The position numbers and the translations under genes are program-made. Of a stretch of 45,435 nt of DNA, positions 1 to 10,689 are shown piece after piece. The notes under the pieces were generated by a model that did no database searches, was not told where the DNA came from, and saw only the letters and a program-made list of their open reading frames with translations. The DNA comes from Veleropilina oligotropha (taxonomy: Eukaryota): assembly GCA_048128005.1 (NCBI GenBank), contig JBEUKZ010000082.1, positions 124,001 through 169,435 of the forward strand, read 5' to 3'. Every line of letters begins with the position of its first letter. Within the stretch, counting starts at the first letter, position 1.

Positions 1-5
1 GCAGG

Positions 6-1964
6 ATGCTAAATTGGATAGGTAATTTTTTGGAAGATAGGAAAATAAATGTAAGAGTCGAAAACTCAAGATCGGAAGATTACGATCTAGAAAACGGTAC
101 GCCACAAGGTAGTGTAATCAGTCCAACTCTTTTCAACATAATGATTAATGACTTAGATAAAACTCTGATAGAAAACAAAACGACAAAATCATCATTGTTT
201 GCAGATGATAGCGCGATATGGAACTCGAGTAAAAATGTTAAAAAACTAGAAGACAAAATGAACGAAAACCTTAAACTAATTCATAAATGGTCAAACGAAT
301 GGGGATTTAAAATATCCGAATCAAAAACGGTAGGAGTACTCTTTTCTAAAGGTAGACAGTACATTAAACCTACATTAATACTGAATAACAAGCAATTGAA
401 AATTGAAGACAGAGCTACATTCCTAGGAATGACATTTGATCGTAAATTAACTTGGCATGCCCACATTAACCAACTCATCAATAATTGCAATAAAATGCTC
501 AACCTCATGAGATGCGTCTCTGGTAACGACTGGGGAGCAGATAGACAAACTTTATCACTTCTATATAAAGCCTTAATTATGTCGAGAATAGACTACGGCT
601 GTCAGGCATACGGTTCAGCTAAACCACATCTTTTAAAGAAAATAGAGAAAATTCAAAACCAAGCCTTAAGAATAATTACAGGAGCATTTAAATCAACTCC
701 AATAGCCAGTCTTGAAGTAGAAGCAAATATCAAACCCCTGGAACTACGTAGGAAAGAAATGACGCTTAACTACTGGGCCAAAACTAAATCTCAAGTAGAA
801 ACCAATCCCGCGGCTAAATTAGACACTAACTGCAATGCATTCCAAAAAATAGAATACAATAAACGGTACGTAGATCGACCACCGTACGGATTGATAACAC
901 GAAGATACAATCAAGAACTAAAACTCGATAAATTAAATATTGCTCAAAACAGACCTGCAGATAAACCGCCTTGGCAACATAACCCTGTTAAATCATCAAT
1001 ACAACTTAGTCACATGATAAAGAAGGACGAGCCAGCTCTAAATATAAAAGCCACGACTCAAGCTTTCATAGATGAAAAATGGAATGGATATTTAAAAGTT
1101 TTTACAGACGGGTCAAAGGACCCAGAAACGTCACAAACATCCGCAGCAGTGGTAATCCCAGAGTTAAAAGTAAATAAATCATTCAAACTATCAAACAACT
1201 TATCTGTGTATAGCACAGAACTGATAGCTATTGAAAAAGCATTGGAAATAATCCACATAATTGAACCAACAAAAGTTGTAATCCTGTCAGACTCCTTAAG
1301 TGGACTTCAGTCTCTACAACCCTCAAAAAGTTCAACAAGACCAGATCTAATCAATAAAATCAAAACATTAAATGATTCCCTTTTTGATAAAGGAATAGAT
1401 ATAAATCTTGAATGGATCCCAGCTCACGTAGGCATTTTAGGCAATGAAATGGCAGACACAGCAGCAAAAAAGGGAATGACAAACCCAGATTACACTCTAA
1501 ATAATATCCCGCTTAGCCACAACGAAGTCAAAAGCATAGTCAGAACTCACATTAACAATGAGTGGCAAGAACGTTGGAATCACCATGATAAAGGCAGACA
1601 TCTTTTTCAACTTAAAAATAAAATAGGCAAACCAATTAAGATGCAAACTAGTAAACTTGAAAGCAAAACAATAACGCGCCTCCGACTCGGGCATTCAGGT
1701 TTACTAGCTCATAGATATACAATTAAATCATGTGAATCACCAAAATGTCCCCATTGCGACTCTCCGGAAACAGTCGAACATTACCTCTTAAAATGTCCCG
1801 CACATATAAATGAAAGACAAAAGCTTAAAGAATCGTTAAGAACAGCTAATATACTTGAAATCGACAAAAAAACACTTCTAGCACCACCAGAACCAGTAGC
1901 TACCTACACATATAGGGCATTAGCTAAATATATCAAAGACACCGGCTACATCAACAAAATATAG
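6..1964 (+). CDS. Non-LTR retrotransposon ORF2, C-terminal part (RT + RNase H + CCHC knuckle), I-group (Nimb/Ingi/I-like); runs off the left edge
   Basis: Uninterrupted 652 aa: RT motifs GTPQGSVISPTLF and LFADD; RNase H motifs VFTDGSK, ELIAI, ILSDSLS, WIPAHVGILGNEMAD; C-terminal RLRLGH...CPHC...ETVEHYLLKC. Confidence 0.95.
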   Translation: MLNWIGNFLEDRKINVRVENSRSEDYDLENGTPQGSVISPTLFNIMINDLDKTLIENKTTKSSLFADDSAIWNSSKNVKKLEDKMNENLKLIHKWSNEWGFKISESKTVGVLFSKGRQYIKPTLILNNKQLKIEDRATFLGMTFDRKLTWHAHINQLINNCNKMLNLMRCVSGNDWGADRQTLSLLYKALIMSRIDYGCQAYGSAKPHLLKKIEKIQNQALRIITGAFKSTPIASLEVEANIKPLELRRKEMTLNYWAKTKSQVETNPAAKLDTNCNAFQKIEYNKRYVDRPPYGLITRRYNQELKLDKLNIAQNRPADKPPWQHNPVKSSIQLSHMIKKDEPALNIKATTQAFIDEKWNGYLKVFTDGSKDPETSQTSAAVVIPELKVNKSFKLSNNLSVYSTELIAIEKALEIIHIIEPTKVVILSDSLSGLQSLQPSKSSTRPDLINKIKTLNDSLFDKGIDINLEWIPAHVGILGNEMADTAAKKGMTNPDYTLNNIPLSHNEVKSIVRTHINNEWQERWNHHDKGRHLFQLKNKIGKPIKMQTSKLESKTITRLRLGHSGLLAHRYTIKSCESPKCPHCDSPETVEHYLLKCPAHINERQKLKESLRTANILEIDKKTLLAPPEPVATYTYRALAKYIKDTGYINKI

Positions 1965-2140
1965 ACGAGTGCGCCACCACTAGGCAATAAACTGGCAAAA
2001 GAAGACCTTTAATAATAATATAAGGAGAGGAAGAGAGGGAGGTTAGTATGCAAAACTACCTCAAACCAACACCAAAAAAAATACAAAATAAAATAAAATC
2101 CAAAAATATATCATATTTCTATTTTTTTTTTCCTTTTTTC

Positions 2141-2970
2141 AGACGCACTCGTGATCAAAGTATTAGGCTCTGCTGCATTAGACTCGGGGCAGTAGCTCAT
2201 ACCTTCCGCCATCACCTCGTTGTCCGAGAAGGTTTTGCTACAAAATTAGGGGAGTGTGCAAAACAAATTCATATAAACGTCTGACACACTCATGGTGGGG
2301 ATAGGCTCTGGGGGGCAGTAGCTGATGCCTTCCGACGTCACCTTGATGTACGTGGAGATTTGGTTACGGTAAATAGGGGAGTGTGCAGACAAATCTACAA
2401 CTAAAATGTTTCAGACACACTCATGGTGGGGATAGGCTCTGGGGGGCAGTAGCTGATACCTTCCGACGTCACCTTGATGTACGTGGAGATTTGGTTACGG
2501 AAAATAGGGGAGTGTGCAGAAACAAAAGCAAATAAAATACAAGCACCTCTTGCACTACACTATACATAACTCATACCCAACACACGAAACCAGGCATACT
2601 CATGGAGGATGGAGTATGCCTTGTTACAACTTTCTTTTATTTTCTCAAATATCAAATAAAATGCCGAAATAGCAAATTAAATATTGGTAACATTCTTAAT
2701 TAATGATGCGGCCCTGGGATAAAAGGCCCGGGGCAGTAGATGTTACCTTAGCAACATCTCTGATGTTAGCGACGGGGCTCTACTACCTAAATAGGGGAAT
2801 GTACACCAATAAAATAAAATGTATAACCAAAACCACTAACAGTTGGCAACATTCATAACTAATGAAGCGGCCCTGGGATAAAAGGCCCGGGGCAGTAGAT
2901 GTTACTTTAGCAAACATCTCTGATGTTAGCGACGGGGCTCTACTACCCAAATAGGGGAATATACGCCAAC
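2141..2970 (+). repeat. Five copies of a ~115-130 nt structured motif (GGCYCTG...GGGGCAGTAG...AAATAGGGGA) in the LINE 3' UTR
   Basis: Copies at ~2141-2260, 2279-2390, 2408-2523, 2682-2811, 2842-2970; each has its own complementary closing stem (GTCTG/CAGAC, GTTTC/GAAAC, TATTGGT/ACCAATA, GTTGGC/GCCAAC). Confidence 0.85.
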
Positions 2971-3113
2971 AGAATCAAATAAAATACAAGCACCTCTTGC
3001 ACTACACTATACATAACTCATACCCAACACACGAAACCAGGCATACTCATGGAGGATGGAGTATGCCTTGTTACTTCTTTCTTTTATTTTTTCTCAAATA
3101 TCAAATAAAATGC
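2531..3113 (+). repeat. ~135-bp direct repeat (2531-2664 and 2978-3113) containing hairpin AGGCATACTC-N10-GAGTATGCCT
   Basis: Near-identical sequence at both positions; 10-bp perfect inverted repeat inside each. Confidence 0.9.
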
Positions 3114-4699
3114 ACCACTGCAATACACTACACATAACACAATCATCCTCCAACTTAATTAACTTATTTTTCAACAATTCGGAATTTTAATTCAGGCTAT
3201 TACATTCTAATTTTTTTTCTCTCGATTAAAGCCTTTTTTTTCTAACTACATAGCATATTGATTAACAAAATGTTGAAATGTTATGTAGGCGTAATGCATT
3301 GATATATTCAAATATATATATATAATTTTTTTTTTTAGTAATATAACCGTTATAACTTACACATTACGGCAGTATAATCAATAAAGATAACCAATAGCTG
3401 TGATTTTCTCATGTTCACTTACAGTAACTACTAAATTTATTTTCTATTATTTTACAGTTTTTTTGGTGGCCCTGAATGGGAACGTTGGATCGGTTGGACG
3501 GACGGTGTAGCCTGAATACGGGGTTCGGCCTTTTCTCTTCAGTGCGTGTGCGACATCCATGGCAAATATAAAGCAACAAGGCAAATATAAAGTAAAGAGG
3601 TCGAAATCACGGAAAACGTGGAAGACCTCGTTAAAATCGAATTAAACAACAACAACACTGGATCATTTCTGATTCGGAAAGCAACCAGACCTCATTGAGA
3701 ATTCGCCATATGATTTGTTTGACAATTGATTAAAACAACAATAGTCCAATAATGGGGGGTGTTTTGTGTTGTTAGTCTAAGAGTAATTATCACATTTAAG
3801 TATATTTTTTCTTAGGGGATAGCGATAGCCCATGGAATTTACCTTTAACTCCAAACTGCCCATAGTACATGATTAAAGCATATTTAATACACAAGTCTTA
3901 CATGAAGTTATTTCCGTCATTATCGATTCATTAGTTCTTCATATTCGATAATTACAATAATCTTGATTGTATTTGTTTCACAAATTTCTCTTTCGGTATA
4001 TTTTCTCTGCAAATGCCACGTTTAATCTACTTGTGTCACTTTTGTCGATTTAAGTATCTTTGTGCAATTGTTATCCTTAGCATTCTATTTTTTAATCATT
4101 GTATTTTAGTTAATTCCTTAATACACATCATCTGGCGTCTATCTCTATATTTCTTCATTCACATTTAGTTCGATGTCACCCAGACTCATGGTATTAGAAC
4201 ATATAACGGCTCTGCAGGTTCAAGTCTTCACGAAGCACACACCCATACATAAACATTAGAATTTTCTCTCCAGCCGTAACTGCAGGAAGATCCTTTCAGT
4301 ATTGATTAGGATAATCTTTTAAAGATTGTTGACAGAATCAACGACACAAAGTTTTATCCGATTATGTAGTTTGAAACTTGCGGATGGAGAAACTGTTTCT
4401 GATAACACCAAAACACATGGCTGACATGATTGCCCAATGACAGCTCGCTATAAACAAAGACTCCAATATTATCACAGAGTCAGAGAGAGCAATAATTGAA
4501 GATCCGGCAGTGAAGGATGCGACTTCAGATCATTATCTTCTTGCTGTTCAACAATGTTGGACCCGAAGAGTATGGCTTCTGTTTTCTGATCGTTCAGCTT
4601 GAGCTTATTGGTTGCCATCCAGACTTTAACTTCACCACATACTGGAAGTAGCTACATCAGCAGAAGTGACGGATTGTTTAAGGAATCAAAGAGTTGCGA

Positions 4700-5150
4700 G
4701 TTGTCAGCATAAAATTGGCGTTGAAGATTGTACTTTGCAACGAGGTTGCCGAGGGAGGTACTTGGTGTCGGGAGTGAAGAGAACGAGTCTTAGAACAGAG
4801 TCTTGCAGGACTCCGCAATCTAAGCTGAAATATGGTGTTAATGAATCATTAACTACAACCGACTGAGACCAGTTGCTCAGATATGAATGAGACCATGTCC
4901 AAGCTAGTCGCCTGATTCCGAACTGATCGTTAAGGCATAGAAACAAGTTGACTTGATCGATGGTATGAAATGCTGCGCCCAGGTCGAGCATCACAAGCAA
5001 GGAAACTTAGCAGTTTTCGATACTAAAGCGAATGGCGTTGACGACTTGTAGTAGAGCAGTTTCATTGCTGTGGCTCTGCCGATACGCTGGAAGGGATGTT
5101 CTGAAAGTCGCTGACAAACTACCTTTTCGACTATCTTTGCATCACCTGTA
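4700..5150 (-). pseudogene. Decayed L2/CR1-group reverse transcriptase fragment
   Basis: LVMLDLGAAFHTID...SYLSNWSQSV...CGVLQDSVL resembles RT motifs LLDLSAAFDTVD / GVPQGSVL; upstream remnant HSNETALLQVVNAI. Confidence 0.75.
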
Positions 5151-5486
5151 GCATGAAATTATGAAGAGTCGTCGCTGAGCTTCTGGCAAAGCAGATTGAA
5201 AACGTTTTTGTTTGTTCTTTATGTTTCAATGTGGAGCAATCACGTTCGTTTATCGAATGTGCGTTACATCATTTGTTGAAGGTCCTTGAGGGTAGCCATA
5301 AAACAATGATGGCATCTCGATATATAACACGTATACGTATTGGGGACCTGGATATTTCCTTTCACACATTATACCCCAAATGGTGTCTGAAATTGCTGGT
5401 TTGCTTGCCTCTCTTGGAAAACTAGGTGCCTCAAAAAGTGATGATGGAAAAGTGCAGAATTCATATTTGAAGGTTGCGGGCGGGGT

Positions 5487-5610
5487 GGGGCAGCATGGCC
5501 GAGTGGATACGGTACTGGTCTACTAAGCACCAATTCATCTCATTCAAAGATGAATGACATGATTTATAACTGAAGTACTGTCGGCGTGGTCGTTAAACAT
5601 CAATTCATCA
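5487..5610 (+). mobile_element. Internally deleted tRNA-derived SINE remnant
   Basis: A-box-like TGGCCGAGTGG at the start; LINE-type tail ATAACTGAAGTACTG...GGTCGTTAAACATCAA at the end. Confidence 0.5.
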
Positions 5611-5649
5611 TTATCATCTTATTTGAACATTTAATATGTTTCATCAAAT

Positions 5650-6520
5650 TTACCATTAGCAGCAGTAGTTAGAAGTTCGAAGAGTGGTTTTGGATCAATA
5701 TGAATTGTTTCTCTATCAACTTTAGCACAGCGTTTTGAGCTCATTGTGATGATCTGATTTGATTTCTTAAAATTGTACTACAGTAGAACATGACTGTTTT
5801 TCGGCCATGGATTCAATGATATGTGCGCCCACATAGAGAGCTGTATCAGCATTCACACAATGATATCTGATTCAATGTTTCGTAGATATAAGGGCCTTCA
5901 ACAAATGGCTTTCTTCCACAAAGAAATGATAAAAATGTGGTCATGTCCTTTTTGTCACGTTCATTCCTTGTACTTGAAGACTCATTGTGTCGTTCGATAG
6001 AATTATATCTTGTAGGTGTTAATTCTTGGAGAATGCCGACACTAAGAGAGGCAATTGAGATCATTACTTTTCATGCCTCGACCGCTCGTCAAGCCGCCGG
6101 GCATTTTTATTCCTCTCATAAGAGTCGAACTTCTTAAGCACTATATTACATGAAAGCCATGCCCAGTAGCGATCGCTTCTTCTTTGAAAATGATGATCAG
6201 TTTTGAACCTGGCATATGCATCTGGGTGTCAGGTGATCTTTTTTCCAGATCACGCATTTTGATAGGTAAACGTTTTCTGATTTTGCATATAAATTAGGCC
6301 AGCGGAAGCTAAATATATGGCAACAGTGCATAAAATTAATGGTTTGTAACTGCAGAGCCCAATTACCCGTCCTTTCCTCTTTTATAAAACGACGTAGAAT
6401 GGATATTATTTCAGAATACTGTATCAAAAGTTTTGCAGTGCGAGAGTCTTCAACAGTGTTCAAGCTCTTTCTCCCAGCATCTGTTGATCAAATGTTTTAT
6501 GAACATTATTTTGTGGCATA
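5650..6520 (-). pseudogene. Academ-like DNA transposase relic
   Basis: SRTAKLLIQY...LRRFIKEERTGNWALQL...NLYAKS and downstream KSNQIITMSS...IHIDPKPLF match motifs I recall from Academ-type transposases; multiple frameshifts. Confidence 0.65.
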
Positions 6521-7384
6521 GATTCCACTATAATTTCCGACTATATCAGTTGATTGTAATGCTCATGTATATGTGCTCAATTTAATCTTATTGTTTAAAT
6601 TCTTTAGAGCCTTAATTGCTGATTAGTAAACTTTGCACAGAAAGCTTTATTTCAGACACTAGGGGACAGTAGCGTCTTCAAATTCATGTATCTATTAACG
6701 GAAACTATTTATAAAACTGAAAAACCTATTTATGTTGGATATTACGACCCAAGTCGTCACTTGTTTCAAATATACAATGGCCTCTATGGGCCTCCATACA
6801 TAGAAACCGCTCGCAATCAAATGTCTTGTCGCTTCTACTTCATATTTTAAATTGCTAGCCCTTTATATATGTTCTCTTGTGAAGCAAATATATATATATA
6901 TATATATATAAATAAAAAGAGTATCGAAATGTTAGCACATACAAGTAAATTGTAAACATATAACGTGCAGCGTAGCAGCCGAAAAAATAAATGCGTCGTG
7001 AGTCAATGTTTCCTGGTACAATATCCACATACACGTGTGCATCGCTAATCTAAAACACGTTTTTATGTTCAAAAAAGTCTATTCAAATACATACGTATCG
7101 ATACAACGTGATATAAATATTTTATAGTGCATGGAAATATGACATTTAGCTAATCATCCACTGCATTAATTACCTCCCTTTTCATGTATGGAAGTCGGCC
7201 ACAAAATTGCATTTGATGTAAATAATTGAAACTTTGATCGACAAATTACACATGTTCCCCCACCGATATTTCTTAATAGTTTTTATATGTTGTTTATGTA
7301 GTTATTATAAACTGTTTCGCACAAACATTGTTTCTGTTGCAATTAGTTTGATGTTAATTTGCAAATTGACTGGACTATAATCGA

Positions 7385-8766
7385 CCAAAATTATCGACCT
7401 ATTAGTCTGACATCAATAGTAGGCAAGATCATGGAATCTATCTTAAAGGATGCTATCTTACAACACATTAATAAATTTGACTTGCTAAACCTTAGTCAGC
7501 ATGGGTTTATGGCGAAACGGTCTTGTTTAACCAACTTACTGGAATTTTTTGAAGATGTAACAACCGCCATAGATACGGGCAAACCAGTTGATATAATATA
7601 TCTTGATTTTCAAAAGGCATTCGACAAAGTACCACATAAACGGCTGATACAAAAATTAAGTAACCATGGTCTGAAAGGTCCAATATTAAACTGGATAAGG
7701 ATGTGGCTAGAAAATAGAAAACAGAGGGTTGTAATAAATGGGATCAAGTCAAAGTGGGAGCCGGTACTAAGTGGAGTCCCACAAGGTTCTGTTTTGGGCC
7801 CATTGCTGTTTCTTATATATTTAAATGACATTGATGACGTCATTACGTCTCTCGTAAAAAAGTTTGCAGACGATACCAAATTGTACAGAATTGTTGAAAC
7901 TGAAGAAGATGCAAAAACACTTCAAAGTGATTTAAACAATCTGGTAAAATGATCAGAGGATTGGCAAATGCTTTTTAACACCAGTAAATGTAAGGTATTG
8001 CATGCGGGTTATAACAACAAAACTTTCAATTATAAAATGGGTTCAGATACCTTAGAAGTAGTAACAAAAGAGAAAGATTTGGGTGTATGGGTAGACAATA
8101 CGTTTAAACCATCAAATCAATGTGCAGAATCAGCTAAAAAGGGAAATCAAATATTGGGAATGATAAAGAGAAACTTTAATTTTAAATCCAGAGTCATCAT
8201 AACACGCTTATACAAGCAAATGGTTAGACCGCATTTAGAATATGCAGTGCAAGCATGGAGCCCATATCTTGCAAAGGATATCAAAATTCTTGAACAAGTT
8301 CAAAGAAGAGCCACAAAATTGATAGGCGAATTGAGAGAATTACCTTATGAGGATAGACTAAGGGCACTTAACCTCACAACATTATCTTTGAGAAGGACAC
8401 GGGGGGATATGATTCAGGTATTTAAAATGTTTACAGGAAAAGACAATGTTGACAGTACTTTCTTTTTTCAGATGAACCAAAGACCGACCAGGGGCCATAA
8501 ATACAAAGTTTACAAAAAAAGATTCCGGCTCGACGTTAGGAAACACTTTTTCTCAAATCGGGTTGTCGATGAATGGAACAGTCTTCCTAGTAATGTAGTA
8601 GAATCAACATCTGTAAACCAATTTAAAAACCACATAGATGATTATTTTAAGAAACAGGGCAGGCTATAGATGACCAGAAACGACAATGGGTTTTTATATG
8701 AGTGGCAGTAATGCACTTCCTAAACCCAAACAAATTATATTTAAATCTATTTAAATCTATTTAAAT
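7385..8766 (+). mobile_element. 5'-truncated CR1 LINE; RT with one in-frame TGA (7950-7952), short 3' UTR and (ATTTAAATCT)n tail
   Basis: NYRPISLTS, YLDFQKAFDKVPH, SGVPQGSVLGPLLF, KFADDTK, VRPHLEYAVQAWSP, FFSNRVVDEWNSLP; ORFs 7359-7952 and 7968-8669 are in the same frame. Confidence 0.93.
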
Positions 8767-9974
8767 AAGATCTCACTTCGATCTGCCAGAAATATTAAAA
8801 TTAAAATTGGCATCTATTTTCATACTTGCACGCACATAAACGCACAAGAAAGTTATGTTTAGTTTAGGTTAAAATATAGAAGTTAGATAAGTAAGAAGTT
8901 AGAAGTAAGAAGTCGGTTGTCCCTATCAGGCTTTGGTACGTTCAAGATGCAATGCTGGATCTTCTTTTCTGACATTTTGCCATTAATGCGGCTACCCAAG
9001 AAATAATGACTGGTGATCTTTTCAACGGAAAATCATGAAATTTTGTCGAATTCCATAACACTTAATGTAAATTGTTTTGACAAGACATTATTTGCCAGAA
9101 AATATGTTTAATATGATATCTAGGTTTCTAGCCCCCCCCCCCCCCGAACAGTTGCAAGTGTTCTGATCGCTTCTGAAATTTGGATGTGCAAGTTGTAATT
9201 TAATCACACATTGAAATAAGAGACAGCAAAGTAATAAAATAATTAATTATATTTTATGTATTTTGATTGTTTCAATATTAACACTAGATTAGACTGCTAC
9301 TGTATATTTTTTCAATTATTTTCATCCATCTTGATGTTACTGTTATCAAAATATTGGTATGCTTTCTGTTAATTTGTTTAGTACAATATATTATTACTTA
9401 AATGGCACTTCATTATATGTTAATGAAAAGAAACAAATAACACTTTTATTTATTAATTATGTTATGTATAATGACTGTGACAGTGTGTTTTGCAATTAGG
9501 AATGTTTAGAAACGTTATGTTTTCATGAAAACTTGAAGTAAAAGTTTTGTTTATTACAAACAAATTGATATAATCAATGTTTTTATTCAGATAGCCGGAT
9601 TACTTAATAGAAACTAGAATACGAAAGTAAATGGTACAAATATATGTCATATCAAGTGAATTGTTTTTGGACCTGCGTAACAGTATTTTAAAGTTTTCTA
9701 GGCTGCTTTTTATGTACTTACAATGGGCTTAAAGGTGAATATATGGAACCAACATGCCCGCGTCATCCATAGGCCGCCTCGGTGGCCGGGTGTACCGCAA
9801 TATAGTCGTGCTGGCTCTGCGAGTAATGATTCGGTAACAGATGTCCGTGTGACTGTCCTCCAATAATATGACTACACATATTAAATGTTTAATGATACAA
9901 TAGACATCATATACACACACTGGAGCCTAGTAGTGATTCGATTCCCGAAGAGTTTTTGGAAAAAATATGTCTAA

Positions 9975-10650
9975 ACGTTTATAATTAAAACTCGTGATGT
10001 TTTTGTATATTCATTACAACATGTTTATATTTTAGACACATTTTTTAAACACCCAAACGCGTATTAGAAATAGTCAATAAGCACAAAGTGATTTTAAAAA
10101 TACCTTGTGTTTTTAGATTATAGCCTAAAACGCGTTTGGATGTTTTTAAAGTGAGTCCGAACATAAACTTGTTGTAGTGAATATACAAAAACACCACGAG
10201 TTTTATTGAAAACACTCAAACACGTTTTTACAATAACGTCTGCGTATACTGGAAAAACATAAAAGTGTATCTGAAAAACGCTCAAACATGTTTATTTTTA
10301 ACAAGAAAACACTATAACATGTTTTTAAAGTATACCTGCTTGGTGTTTTTGTGGTGTTTAATTTTAAACACTTTGGGTATGCTGAAAAACTAAGTGTTAA
10401 TGAGAAAACACGCAAACATGTTTATTTTGAATATGAAAACATTATAATATGTTTTTAAAGTGAGTCCGATATGGCGTTTATGTCGTGTTCAATTGTAAAC
10501 ACTGCGTATGCTGAAAAACATTTAAGTGTTTATGAGAAAAACACGCAAACATGTTTATTTTGAATAAGAAAACATTATAACATGTTTTAAAGTGAGTCCG
10601 ATATGGCGTTTGTGGTGTTCAACTTCAAACACTTATTTTTTAGAGTGTAC
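9975..10650. repeat. Foldback/MITE-like repeat: inverted arms around ~10095 plus ~120-bp tandem units
   Basis: TAAAACTCGTGATGTTTTTGTATATTCATTACAAC (~9985) is inverted at ~10168-10205; tandem units AAACATGTTTATTTT...AAAGTGAGTCCGA repeat to ~10620; ends TTTTTAGAGTGTA. Confidence 0.7.
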
Positions 10651-10689
10651 CAGCTATCTGACTCTCTGATTATATGTCATGACCCCTAG

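Larger units (their letters stand above)
1..3656 (+). mobile_element. I-group LINE, 3' portion including ~1.7 kb 3' UTR
   Basis: ORF2 ends at 1964; a terminal stem-loop GAGGTC..CACG-GAAAA-CGTG..GACCTC (3597-3629) is followed by an (AAC)n tail (~3645-3656). Treating the whole interval as one UTR is inference. Confidence 0.75.

Noticed and set aside
2048..2284. 78-aa ORF after the LINE ORF2
   Set aside because: Low-complexity A/T-run translation overlapping the RNA motif; no protein features.
2700..2905. SECIS-like look (ATGA...AAAA...GA) in RNA motif copies 4-5; CTGATG suggesting a hammerhead
   Set aside because: SECIS spacing is off, the pattern is absent from copies 1-3, and there is no Sec codon upstream; no CUGAUGA/GAAA hammerhead core can be assembled.
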